Assembly: GCF_026210795.1 (NCBI RefSeq)
Contig: NC_089434.1
Span: forward strand, 2,356,001-2,420,000
DNA: 64,000 nt
Reading direction: 5' to 3'
DNA from: Rhizophagus irregularis
Lineage: Eukaryota
This document shows, in pieces, positions 41,376 to 54,828 of the stretch (positions are counted from its first letter, which is position 1; each line of letters begins with the position of its first letter). A program made the position numbers and the translations under genes. The notes beneath the pieces are model-generated. The model saw only the letters and a list, made by a program, of their open reading frames with translations, made no database searches and was not told the origin of the DNA.

Positions 41376-41826
41376 TTCGTGATCCGTATAATAAGTAGTG
41401 AAAATCATTATTTAAATTCGGGGAAAATAAAAAAATGTATTTTTTGCGATTATCTCGTGACTCAGTAATCCAATTTCAATGTACAATTTTTTATCGTGTA
41501 GCTCTCCACGCCTTCTGCAAAATAAAAAAAAGATCATTAAAATTGGACCAATAGATCGTGAGATAATTACAAAACCGATTTTTTCAGATAATATTGTGAG
41601 GAATTTAGCCACATTCCGAAAAAAATCATTTTTGTATTATCTTACGATCTATTGGTCCAATTTTGATGATCTTTTTTTATTTTGTAAAGGGCGTGGAGAG
41701 CTACACAACAAAAAATGTTTATCAAAATTGAATTACTGGATCACGAGAAAATCGCAAAAAAAATGATTTTTTTATTTTCCCCAAATTTGAATAGTGACTT
41801 TCACTACTTGTTATACGGATCACGAA
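41376..41826. mobile_element. Palindromic MITE flanked by TTAA
   Basis: TTCGTGATCCGTATAATAAGTAGTGAAA / TTTCACTACTTGTTATACGGATCACGAA; the interior is also inverted. Confidence 0.82.
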
Positions 41827-42680
41827 TTAATTTTTAATTACAGTAAAGATAATTATACTATTATATTATGTAATTCATATAATTCATAATTGTATATATT
41901 TAGAAGAACTAAATAACTGATTAATAACAAATACTCTTTCTAAATTAAAAATAATCTTATTTAATATCACTAAAACCTTTGCTTATTTTTCTTATTTGTA
42001 TTATTTATTTTTCTTTTATAATTTGCATTTTTCACATATTCTTACTTATTTGGATTTTATTTGTTAGACATATTTCTTTATAATAAACATATATTCTGCA
42101 AAAATTATTTATATTAACATCAATTAATATTTTTATTTTAATTAATAAAGTAATGGGCACTTTTAAATAGATTAGGGACATATCAAAAATTAACTGATTT
42201 TTTTTAATTAGTAGTAGTCTTAATCTTACTTCCCACCTGATTGAAATTTGATTGACTAAAAAAATTATTCAGTAGTTATTATTAAATATTAATATCTATA
42301 TATATAATAAAAAAAACTGTTATATTTAAATTACCTATATAAATAAATTTAAATTGTGTAATATTACTTTTATTGGCACTTTATTACATGATGTTACATA
42401 AACTTCTAAAAAAGAAAATTTTACTTCTAACAAAAATAGGGATTTTAGTTTCACAAATATTTTAAAAAAAAAATTTTTGTGCCAATTGTATAATTCTGAT
42501 TAGAATTAAAAATATTGCCAAAACTGTCCTATTTAGCACTTTATCACATAATTATGTAAACATCTAAAAAAGGAAATTTTACTCTTACAAAAAATAGAAT
42601 AATTTTAGTTTCACAAATATTTCAAAAAGAAAATTTTACACTGATTATATAATTCTAGCCAAAATTAAAAATATTGCCCA

Positions 42681-44065
42681 CGTTGAATCCCCCTATTCCC
42701 TCTGTCATCAATTTACAGAGTTGCCATATCGAATAGGCATTCTTATGGTCAAACGAACGAACAAACGAACAAATGAACAAACGAACAATTAAGCAAACAA
42801 ACAAGCAAATAATCAACGACATAATTAACAAACAACATAATCAACGAACAACATACAACAACATATAACGACAACATTCTTGGTTCACAACATAAATAAC
42901 GTTAGCAATATAAAACATCAAATGATATAAAATAAAATTTAACTTCTCTAAATTTTCCTCAATTTTTATCCACTTTACCTTTAATTTTAAACTTTGATAG
43001 CTCTCGCTACGAAATATTCTATTTATTACAACTTTAAAATTACGATAATTCTTTTTACAAAAGTGTATATTTTATTCATCTTATAATTTTCATTTTATTC
43101 AATTAAAATTAACAAAGCGAACATTAATTAAAGTTTAGGGCAAACCTATTACCTTTAATAATATTATACTTTATTAACAAATAATTAAATTTAACTATTC
43201 TAAATTACATTGTGGATGATATGATCAATAAATTCTATGATTTCTCGGATGATGTGGAATTACTTCGAATTCCGCTCTCTATTTATACAAACTTTCTATT
43301 CTAATATATACTATCTTTTATGTTCTTTTTATATGTTATGCTATCTTTCGATATACTATCTTTAAATATGCTATCTTTAAATATGCTATCTTTAAATATG
43401 CTATATGCTTCTATTTTTAATATGTTATCTTTTATGTTCCATCTTTTTGATATACTATCTTTTTATATTCTCTTTTATATTATCTTTTTATATTATCTTT
43501 TATATTATCTTTTATATTATCTTTTATATTATCTTTTTATATTATCTTTGTATTATCTTTTTATATTATCTTTGTATTATCTTTTTATATTATCTTTTTA
43601 TATTATCTTTGCATTATCTTTTTATATTATCTTTTTATATTATCTTTGTATTATTTTTTCTTGCTGTTTAATATGTTATTCTTCCATCTTTCATATTATT
43701 TTATGTTCTTTAATCTTTCTGACATTATTTTATATGTTCTTTTAATTCGCTATCTTCCTACTTTATGTGTTTTGCTTATAATCCATCTTTTGTGGCTTAT
43801 AATTATCCTTTCTAATTGTTCTTATTGTCAAAGATTGCTAAGCCGCAATTGATCGACTAATTATTCTATTGGTTTTTTATTAATCATCCAATAAATATTG
43901 CATCATGTAGATCATTACTTTTCTTAAATGTTTATCCTTTTCAACTAATCATTTATCCATCCACGCCAATTCATAATTAATTTGTTCATTCTTAATACTT
44001 GGCAATTATATTCGGTGATTGAATTTTATCATTTTTTCATGCTTGATATTTGACCGTTTATAACG
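42681..44065 (-). mobile_element. ~1.4 kb unclassified dispersed repeat; second copy inverted at about 49130-50123 plus 52725-52954
   Basis: Extended reverse-complement similarity; includes AACG/AACA and TTATATTATCTT simple repeats. Confidence 0.75.
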
Positions 44066-44106
44066 TTGTAAAATAATAGATTACAACTATAATTATTAAT
44101 TATGAA

Positions 44107-44440
44107 AAAATGTATTTGTAACAGCCTGTTACATATTTTATTTGTAACATTCTTTTTTTATTTTTTTTTAATAATAAATTTAATGTATTTTACAAATAAA
44201 ATTTTTATATGCAAAATTTAATTTGGAAAACTTTTACTTAATGTACTTAAGACAGTTTCATAGACAAAATTTTAAGTTATAAGCAGTTTCTTAAAATTTT
44301 TTAAAAAATTCTTTTGTCTTAGTTACACGACTAATCTTTTGTTTTTGTTTACATTACGCCTGATCTTAAATTTTAATTGGATAAAATTGGGGTTGTTACA
44401 AATAAGATGCGTAACAGGCTGTTACAATTAGATTTATCCA
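44107..44440. mobile_element. MITE-like inverted repeat
   Basis: TTGTAACAGCCTGTTAC..TTATTTGTAACA / TGTTACAAATAA..GTAACAGGCTGTTACAA. Confidence 0.6.
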
Positions 44441-44779
44441 TTAATTATTATTATTCAATTCAATAGAATTGTACAGATTTTCATAAATTGATATTTTATT
44501 AACCATAGTAATAACACATAATTGATATAATAAAGTGGAGTAAAAAATGGCATAAATAAATATTTTGTAAAAAAAGTTTAAATAAAACTTATAAAGTAGA
44601 TTAAAAATGAAATTTATAGAAAATTTATTAATGATATTATTAATTAATACATGATCAAAAATGTTAAAACAATAACATATTTATTGAATATAAGGTTATA
44701 TCAATCATAGGAATCTTCATTGATTGGTAAAAATGGCCATTACATGACCCATTTTTATCCAATTATTCAGTCCTATAAC

Positions 44780-45737
44780 TAGAGCTCCGAATGGGTCAGG
44801 TCAGGTCAGGTTAATTGATAAACCTGACCTGAAATTTTTTTTCAGGTCAGGTCAGGTCAGGTTATATCAGGTTGTCTGTTTGACCTGACCTGACCTGAAA
44901 CCTGAAAAATTTCAGGACTATTTTTATTAAAGTATTGAAAAAAAATGGTACAAAACGTTTTTTTTTTAATATAATATTATGAAAAAAATGTTTTCGCAAC
45001 GTTATTATTGAAATATTAAAAAAAAAACATTACGAAACATTTTTTTAATATAATATTATGAAAAAACGTTTTCGCAACGTTATTTCTCGAAATATTGCGA
45101 TTCAACATTTTTATATTAAAATCATATAAAAAAGTGAATCCCAATACTGCAATTCACTTTTTTATATTGATTTTGTATAAAAAAAGTGAGTTGCGGTATT
45201 GCGATTCACTTTTTTATATTGATTTTATATAATAAAAGTGAATCGCAATATCGCAACTCACTTTTATTATATAAAATCAATATAAAAAAGTGAATCGCAA
45301 TACCGCAACTCACTTTTTTTATATAGAATCTATATAAAAAAGTGAATCGCAATACCGCAACTCACTTTTTTTATATAGAATCTATATAAAAAAGTGAATC
45401 GCAATACCGCAACTCACTTTTTTTATATAGAATCTATATAAAAAAGTGAATCGCAATACTGCAACTCACTTTTATTATATAAAATCAATATAAAAAAGTG
45501 AATCGCAATACTGCAACTCACTTTTATTATATAAAATCAATATAAAAAAGTGAATCGCAATACTGCAACTCACTTTTATTTTATAGTAGAATCAATAGTT
45601 TCAGGTCAACAGGTCAATCAGGTCAGGTCAATCTTCATACCTGACCTGAATTTTTTTTAAAAATCTCATACCTGACCTGAATTTCAGGTCAGGTCAGGTC
45701 AGGTTACCTGAATTTGGCTGACCTGTTCGGAGCTCTA
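44780..45737 (+). mobile_element. hAT MITE (~960 bp) with internal ~52 bp tandem repeats
   Basis: TIR TAGAGCTCCGAA / TTCGGAGCTCTA, 8 bp TSD CCTATAAC. Confidence 0.92.
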
Positions 45738-45867
45738 CCTATAACTAATATAGCTATTTTTTCATCCAATTTTGATGATTGCATCCTATTATGTAAATAT
45801 AATTTATATGATAATTTGTTTGTATAATATATAAACTTAATATCAATAAATTATATATAAATTATTA

Positions 45868-46700
45868 TATCAGGAAATTTTTTAGAATGCAAATCTATGA
45901 AAACCTGTAAAATTCACAGTTCTCCACATTTTTTTGCACTTTTTTGACGCATTTCTGCAAAGTTCTGTAAATTTTGCAATTTTGCAGATTACTGCAGAAT
46001 TTTTTCATAAAATTTGTGAAATTCTGCAAATTTGCAAGCTTCAGAAAATTTAATATGAAGAAATTCTACGAAGGTCTGCAAAATTTGCAGATTTTTACTT
46101 ATTTCCTATAAAAAGTATTTATATTTAAAATATAATTAAAAATTTTTTAATTTAAAAATTGCGAAATACTTATAATATACTTAAAATGGATTTATAATCA
46201 TCTTAAAATATATTTCTAATATATTTAATTTTTGTCCAAATATTTAAATTATACTTAAATTAAAATTTAAGTATATTATAGATATATTTTTCACATACTT
46301 AAAATATACTTATAATATATTTCATAATATATTTTAAGTATATTTTAAATACATAAAAAATATACTTATAATAGTATACTTAAATTTTAATTTAAATATA
46401 ATTTAAATATATTTTAAGTATATGGGTAAAAATTAAATATATTAGAAATATATTTTATGATAATTTTAAATATATTTTAGATATATTAAAAATATATTAT
46501 AAGTATTTTGCAATTTTTAAATTAAGTATATTTTAAATATATTTTAAATATATTTTAAGTATAATACTTTTTATAGGGATTTTATGTGAATTTATGCAGA
46601 AATCTACGATTTTGCAGATTTTTGCTTTTATTTTTTATTAAAATATTAATTTAATTTGCAATTTTATTATTTTAATTAACTTTAATTTGATTTAATACTA
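45868..46700 (+). mobile_element. Left-end fragment of the 19347/57145 family with a nested CCCTA-type MITE (46104-46578)
   Basis: TATCAGGAAATTTTTT start and GCAGA repeats similar to 19347-19630; the nested MITE resembles 54602-54828. Confidence 0.65.
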
Positions 46701-48172
46701 ACATTTACACAAGTAAATACTGTTCAACTAATATGATTGCTAATTGCACTGGTCAAAATCATTGTTATCGGGTACATACCGGATACGATATGTGTGCAAT
46801 ATATGCGATATACGTGTATAATATTTAACAATACTACATATATCGGATCCCGATAAGATAAGTGATAAAGATAAAATCTGTGACATACAGTTTACCCTTC
46901 ATATAGCGAATTTTTATATAACGAATCACGTGACGCTTAGCCAATAAAATATGTCAATTTTCCCTCGCTATAATGAAGTAACCAATCAAATTCTTCAAAT
47001 TCTTCGTTAACTTGCTATAACGAATTTGAGGTGCAGAACGGTTTCTTCGCTATATCAAGGGTAGACTGTATATTGTAAACATCATGTACATATCTTATAC
47101 ATATCGGGTAGTCAAATATCAGTCACATATCATATATTTATCAAATACCCATATATTATAGTGAAATTCGATCAAAGCAAAGGATCATCATACTTTCTTC
47201 TTGATCGCCCATTTTTTCCCAAGAAGACATAAATGAAAAATATGAGGATTTTTTGCCTTGAGTGATAGTAAAAGGACTTTTCAACGTTATATGCCAATTG
47301 TTATGAGGTCGATTTGCCTATGAACTCCTTACGGCTTATATTCGTGTAGACCGTTATCACAGTTGGAGCTTACCAATAATACTGTAAGATAGCAGTTCTA
47401 TACGAATGTTCTCCTGGGATTTCTGAAAGGTTAAAAAGTAGTGCGTCTAGGTTCCTACGCCTTTAAAGTCTAACTGGCCAAGTGGTTCGCAGACTGGATC
47501 AGTATTTCTTGGAAGAAGCTTATCGACCAACGTACTTCTTGCTATTTGAAGTTGTTAACAAGATTTTTAGTCTTCTAAATAAGAATACGGAGTTAAGGTG
47601 TATGTTTGGTGTTTTTTACTCAGGTTTTTCTCATTGCACTTCGAGTTTTCCTGAGGTTTATGTCTTTATTTTTTGTTTTTTGTTTTTCTTGGTCGCTTTT
47701 TTCAGTATAACCTTATTTTCTTTGGGAGGTGGGGGATACTGGAAAATTTGATCATCATAGTATTAAAGGCGTTACTAATTTCAAAATCGATGATCACTCG
47801 GGCAATAAGAGTAGACAGGTTAGGTACCGCAGTTTTAGTAGATGCCGATCAAAGTAGTCACATGTTAGACTATTATTGGATTAACTTATCTAGGTTGATC
47901 TTAGGTTGAATGATTGTTCGTAATGAGGTGGGTGTCCTCCGTTTGGGATCGTTCGCAATGAGATAGATGTCCCTTCAGGATTACACGATACTAAAAAGTT
48001 TCTCATCGGCTGGACTGCATGACACTAAAAAGTTCTCAGAAGCCTTTGTGAAATAGGTTTATTATCTATAGTATGTAGTCAAATAGGGAAAATTGAATTT
48101 TATGCGTTTTTGATGGTGCTAATGGTAGCTCAGAGGTTCTTTACCGATTCTAGGAGTGGGTACGGCGCTGGA

Positions 48173-51100
48173 TAAAGTTGCTTGCCAAAACTAGAAGGTT
48201 TCGGCGGGATGGCATATGTGAAACTGCCGAAACTAGTTTCACAAAATTGGTCTAAAATGTTGAAATGCCGTAACTGCTGAAATCTGCCGAAACTGTCTAA
48301 GCTGCCGTAATTATTTTGGCGTAGTACATCATATGATATACATATAGTTTCGGCAATATTATGAATTATGATTATTTTTGGCATGGATTTTTTTTTTGAC
48401 ATAATGCCGTATTCAGCCGTATTGAATTTATATAGACGTAATTGCCAAAATTTGCTGAATTTATCGAATTGTCAATGATTTACGCCAATCCGGCACAGAA
48501 AAGTTATATTATCAGACAGATTGCGTATTATAAATCATCTGATGATCTTTTTTTTCTTGTACCGGACAAAAATTATGAGGTAAAGAAAAGAGGAGGTCCA
48601 ACCAGAAAGTTTTTATTTAAAAAAAGTAATAGTTTATTTTTCGTTTTGTAGGGTTGCCGGACAAAAGCACGACTGGACTTTTTGAAGTAAGAAAGGACTG
48701 GAAAAGGATCCATTTTAATAAATTTATTTATTTTTTCTTTATTGTAAGGTTACCGGACGAAAAACATGACCGGACTTTTGAAAATGAGGTAAGGAAGGGT
48801 TGAGGGAAAGGTTTTTCGTTATTTTTTATTTTAATAAATTTAACTAATTTATTTTTTTCTTTTTTGTAGTGTTGCTGGACGAAAAACATGACTGGACTTT
48901 GGAATTTAGGTAAAAGAGGGGGCTGAGGAAAGGTTTTTCGTTGTTTTTTTATTTAATAAATTTAACTTATTTATTTTTTTCTTTTTTGTAGTGTTTTCGG
49001 ATGAAAAACATGACCGGACTTTGGGATTTAGGTAAAGAAGGGGCTGAGAAAGGTTTTTCGTTGTTTTTTTATTTAATAAATTTCTATTTTATTTTTCTTT
49101 TTGTAGTATTGCCGGACGAAAAATATGTACAGTGTAAACGGTCGAATATCAAGCACGAGAAGATGATAAAATTCAATCACCAAATGTAATTGCCAAATAT
49201 TAAGAACGAACAAATTAATTATGAATTGGCGTAGATGGATAAATAATTAGCCGAAAAGGATAAACATTTAAGAAGAGCAATGATCTACATGATGTAATAT
49301 TTATCGGATGATTAACAAAGAACCAATAGAATAATTAGAGTCGATCAATTGCGGCTTAGCAATCTTTAACAATAAGAACAATTAGAAAGAATAATTATAA
49401 GCCACAAAAGGTAGATCATATAAAATGGAGGGATAGCGGACTAAAGGAACACGCATAACGAAAGTACATACATTCATTCTTATGTTTTATTATTTCTTGC
49501 GGACATTTATCTTTCTTTCTTGAAAAATCTTCATTTAATATTTCTTTTATTTTAAAGATTTCTAAAAAATTCATTCTTAAATTTTATTGTTTTGAAGATA
49601 AACTTCTGATTACAAAATTTACAATATATCTTAAATTTTACTTCCATAAATAATAATATAAAAAGATAGTGTAAAGATGGAACATAAAAAATAGCATATT
49701 AAAAGATAGCGTATTTAAAATATAGATAGCATATTAGAAAGATAGTTCAAAGATAATATGTAAAAAGAACATAAAAGATAGTATATAGATAGAATAGAAA
49801 GTAGCATAAGATTTGTATAAATAGAGAGCGGAATTCAAAGTAATTCCACAGTTCTCATCCACAGAACTCAATAAAAATATAAGTTTTATTTAATTATTTG
49901 TTAGTAAAGTTTAATATTAATTAAAGGTAATAGGTTCGCCCTAAACTTTAATTAATGTTCGCTTAATTAATTTTAATTGAATAAAATGGAAATTTAAGAT
50001 GAATTAAATATACACTTTTGGAAAGTAATAATTCGTAGCGAGAGCTATTGAAGTTTGAAAGTAAAAGTAAAAAGTGGATATAATTTGGGGAAAATTTAGA
50101 GAAGTTAACTTTTATTTTATATTCATCAGTAATGTTTTAGGAGTCAGGATCCACGTGAAATCCTTATTTTCTGTAAATAGTAAAGATTCGCGTGGATCCT
50201 TCCCCACCTCAACGGATCCTTGGAATTAAAAAAGTTTAAAGAATCCCTAAGGATAGGAAAGAATCCTTAGGGATATTTATTTAATTTTTATTAATAGATT
50301 ATTTATTGATTTTTATTAAAATCTATTTATTAATTTATATATTTAATGTGTATTTATTTATCTTTAATATTATTGTATATATTATGTATTTCTCCAGTTA
50401 ATAAAAATAAAACAATAATTTAAATATAAAATACAAAAACAACTAATAAATAAAGTTAAAAAAAAATAATTATGTAAGTTTCACAATGAAACTTATTGCT
50501 TTTCCTTAATTCTTCAGTTGATATCCAGACAACCTGAAAAAAATTAAACATTATTTAACGCTTTTATTAAAAAGGAAGCAATTGAAGTTTCGCAATGAAA
50601 CTTACCTATTATTAAATTATTTTCTCTCTAATCGATACCCCAGATCATGGTATAATGTCAATAGCGTCATTTGATTTTGAAGCAGGAGGGTTATCGATCC
50701 TAATTGCTTGCATGGCTTTTACAATATCTGGGTGATTTCCAATTGAAAAAGTATCAATCTGTTCGTGGATTCACTAATAGCTGATCTATAGCAAGCGATA
50801 GTATTCCCCTATTGAAACCTACTCGTCGAAAAAAAAGAAAAAGATTGAAACGTTAATAAATGTTTTATTAAAATAAATAATTTAAAGAAGCCTTCACTTA
50901 CCAAGTTCCCACACGTCTAAAGAAATCAAAAGAAATGGCCATCTAAAAAGAAAAAAATCAAACATTAGTAGATATTTTGCTACAGTAAAATAAAAATTTA
51001 AATAATTCCCCACCAGTTTCTAACGCGTTAATGACCCATTCCATCTAAAGAAAAGAAAAAATTGAATTTTTTTGTTTTCAATACACTTGTTGAAACAACT

Positions 51101-53576
51101 TATAGTGCGTGTCTAATACTGAAATTAATCTGAAAGATGTCATCTTCGATATCTTTTTTCCTTTGCCATTATTCTGTAAGTATTTTACGTCCAGAGATAT
51201 TTAAAAAAGAAACGCCTAAAAAAAATGAAAATGAGCAGTTAGTAATGCTCGTTAATATAAAAAAATCTGAAATAACTTCTTTTTTTGTTACTTACCGGTA
51301 TCCAAGTTGAAAAAAACACCTAAAAAAGAAAAAAAATGAACATTTAGTATTCGTCAAAATAAAAAAAAAATTGAAAAAAATTTTTTATGAAACTTACTGG
51401 TATCCCACATCAAAAAATTCCTAAAAAAGAGAAAAAACAAACAATTAGTAATGTTCGTTAAAATAAACAAAAAGAAAAAAATAATTTTTTTTACATACCG
51501 GTATTCCGTGAAGAAGCTCAAACCCACCTAAAAAAAGAAAACGAACAGTTGGTGATGTTCGTTAAAATAAATAAAAAGAAAAAAAATAATTTTTTTTTCT
51601 TACTTGCCAGTATTTCACGTCCAAAAAAGTCTCAAAATCACCTAAAAAAGAAAAACGAACAGTTAGTAATGTTCGTTAATATAAAAAAAAATGAAATTTT
51701 TTTTGTTTACTTGTAAAAGTCCTATTCGAATATCCAAACCCAAAAAAGAAAAAATAGAATAGTTAATAATATTCATTAATATGAAAAAATGAATAATATT
51801 TTTTTACTTGCCGAAATCCATGTTCAAGTACCTGAAAAAAAGGATGTCTAAAAAAAGGAAATAAAATGAAACATTAGTTAAGGCAACATATCATTAAAAT
51901 AAATAAAAAATTAAAGTGTAAGCTTACCGAAATGCCACATGCAAAGGAAATCTGAAAGAACCTAAAAAGAAAAGACCCGACCGTCTAAAAAAAGAAAAAT
52001 GAAAATGAAACATTAGTTAATGTTTCGTTAAAATAAAAAAAATTGTAAAAAAAAACTTGCAGCAAGAAAATCTGAAAGAATCGTCTAAAAAAAAGAAACA
52101 ACTGTTAGAAACCATTCATTAAAAGAAAGGAAAAAAAAGTTTAAAACTTACCAGAATATCACTTTCAAAGTAATCCAAAAGAACCGTCTAGAAAAAAAAA
52201 ACAAAAAAATGAATTAGAACCTGCTCATTAAAAGAAATAATTAAATATATAAAAAAAAACCTTACCAAAATCTGACTGCTGACTAAAAAAATAGTGGAAC
52301 ATTATTTAATGTTTCATTATGGATTTTGTAGAGAGAGGGGAAAGAATAGGGTAAAGAAATAGAACGAGAAAGGAAAAAGGTGAGAGAGGGAATAAAGACG
52401 AAAGTTTTGTAAAAAAAAAATTCCATATCAAGATATCAGATGATCGATCATTAAACATTAAGATTATAACACGTGATACACGTAATTTTTTAATTTTAAA
52501 ATAAAAATAAAATTTTTTAAAGATTTAGATATAAGGAATATATAAGGATTTTTTATATGGAATCTTTAAAGAATCTTTAAGGATCTGTAAACTTATAGAT
52601 TCCTTAAGGGTATTTTACAAATCAGTATGGATTTTTAAAGAATCCATAAAATTACAGATCCTTAAGGATTCTAAAGCAATTTATGGAATCTTTAAGGATC
52701 CATATTCCAAAAAATTTACTGATGTTGCTTGATGTTTTATATTACTAACGCTATTTATGTTGTGAACCAAAAATGTTGCTATATGTTGTTGCAGGTTGTT
52801 CGTTGATTATGTTGTTATTAATTATGCTGTTGATTATTTGTTTGTTCGTTTATTTGTTCGTTTGTTCGATTATTCGTTCGTTCGACCATGAGAAAGCCCG
52901 TTCGATGTGGCAACTCTGTAAATTGATGACAGAGGGAATTGGGGGATCTCAACGGATTTATAAATTAAGGTAAAGGAGGACTGGTGAAAGTTTTTCGTTA
53001 ATTTTTCATAATTTATGAAAAACATGACCAGACTCTTAAAATTAAGGTGAGGGGGGTCGGAAAAGGTGTTTTCATCATTTTTTTTAATAATTTAATTGAT
53101 TTTTTTTTCTTTTTGTAGGATTGTCAGATGAAAAAATATAACCGGACTTTTGTAATCAAGGTAAAGTACCGGGAGAAGTGTTTCGTTATTTTTTTTTTTT
53201 TGATAAATTTAATTAATTTATTTTTTTTTATGTAGAATTCCCAGAAAAAAAATCACAACTGTTGCATTTGTTAGAATTTTTTCAATAATAATATTATTAT
53301 TAGAATATTACAACGTTGTTTATTTACATGTAAATTTATTAGAGACTGAAATTAAAAATAAAATATTTGGAATGCTGTAATTATGCCGAAATTCATATAA
53401 AATATTATTATTTATTATGCCAAAACTACGGATAAACTTGTTATAAAGGTTTCACAAATTTTGGCAGTTTCACAAGTTTCGGCAGTTTCGCAGTTTCGCA
53501 GTTTCACAGTTACAGCACTATATGTAGAGTTTCTCCTTTCGGCATTAGGCCAAATAGGTTTCGGCAGGCAACCTTA
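48173..53576 (+). mobile_element. Non-autonomous hAT element related by TIR to the 222 bp MITE; carries micro-exon units and nested inserts
   Basis: TAAAGTTGCTTGCC / GGCAGGCAACCTTA, TSD GCGCTGGA / GTGCTGGA; the flanks join up to match the uninterrupted copy near 19010. Confidence 0.85.
50124..52724 (-). mobile_element. Non-autonomous CATC-ended element with a minus-strand micro-exon array
   Basis: TIR CATCAGTAA.. / ..TTACTGATG, GGATCC/GAATCC subterminal repeats and TT on both flanks; absent from the host copy at about 42920. Confidence 0.8.
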
Positions 53577-54601
53577 GTGCTGGATGGGTTACGTATAGCA
53601 TAGTCGACTTTACCTATTTTGAAATAGATTTGGGGGGAGTAGTTGTAGTTATTTATATAGAGAGGGTGGGGTTTATAATCTTAGCTTTTCTTTTTATTTG
53701 TAATTTCGGAAGATTATTTGTTCTTTGTTTTTTATTAGTTCTGCACTTGTTGCGGTACTTTCTAGATCACTCTGTATTCTTTAAAGTCACTTCGGCATTA
53801 ATTAATAAAATTCAAGCTCAAGCTATGTTTGTCTATAGTAAAATATCAGATAGATATCATACATTTATCAGATAGTGCCGATATACATGTCCGAAGTATA
53901 CCTAATAGGTTTAATAGGCTAATAGCTATAATTTACTGATTTTATTATTGAATGCATATCAAAAATAATATTTATTTAATGCAATAATATGAATACTAAT
54001 AAATTTATAATTTAAATTCAATTATAATATTAATTTATTTATTTAATTGTTAATTAATTACAAATAAATAAAATTACAAAAAATCATAAAAATTATTCTA
54101 GCTATATAAAAAATTAGAATTATGTGTACCAAATAATGTATTCACTTATTTGCTGCATATTTTTATTTGTTTAATATTTAAAAGAAATAAATAGAAATAA
54201 TAAAGTATTTTAGTAATAAAGATATTAGTATAAATAATGTTAAATGAAATTGTTAAAGAAAAGGAATGGTATTAGAAAATGTTAAAGAAAAATAAAATGG
54301 ATAGAAAATGTTAGTATGTTTAGTAGTATTAGTAGAAACAAACGTTAGATTAGAAAAAAAAAAGAGTGTTAAAAAAAATATTAATAATATAAATAAAAAT
54401 TAGTAAAAAATATACCTTTATATTTATTCCAATTTTATTCCACCTCTTTTTTTGAAGTTTGCTATTTAAAGAGAAAATAGATCTTGTTATTATATTTTTT
54501 TTAATAAAATAAAAAATAAATATTTAAGTTACCTTGATATGCGTTACTATCATATTCTTCTGAAAATACATTATATCTTCTTTTTCCTTGGTTTACTGTA
54601 T

Positions 54602-54828
54602 CCCTATGAAAAAAAATTTCTTTAAAATATACTTAAAATGTACTTAAAATTTTTAAATGTACTTATAATATACTTAAAATTGCAATTTTAAGTATATTTT
54701 AAGTATATTTTAAAATGTTAAGTATATTTTAGGTATATTTTAAAATATATAAGTATATTTTAAGTATATTTTAAAAAAATACATAAGTATATTTTAAGTA
54801 CATTTTAAAGAATTTTTTTTTTATAGGG
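54602..54828. mobile_element. AT-rich palindromic MITE with CCCTAT...ATAGGG ends
   Basis: Inverted ends plus TACTTAAAA/TTTTAAGTA internal repeats. Confidence 0.7.

Noticed and set aside
43320..43852. Y/L/I/F-rich membrane-like ORFs
   Set aside because: Translation of the TTATATTATCTT simple repeat.
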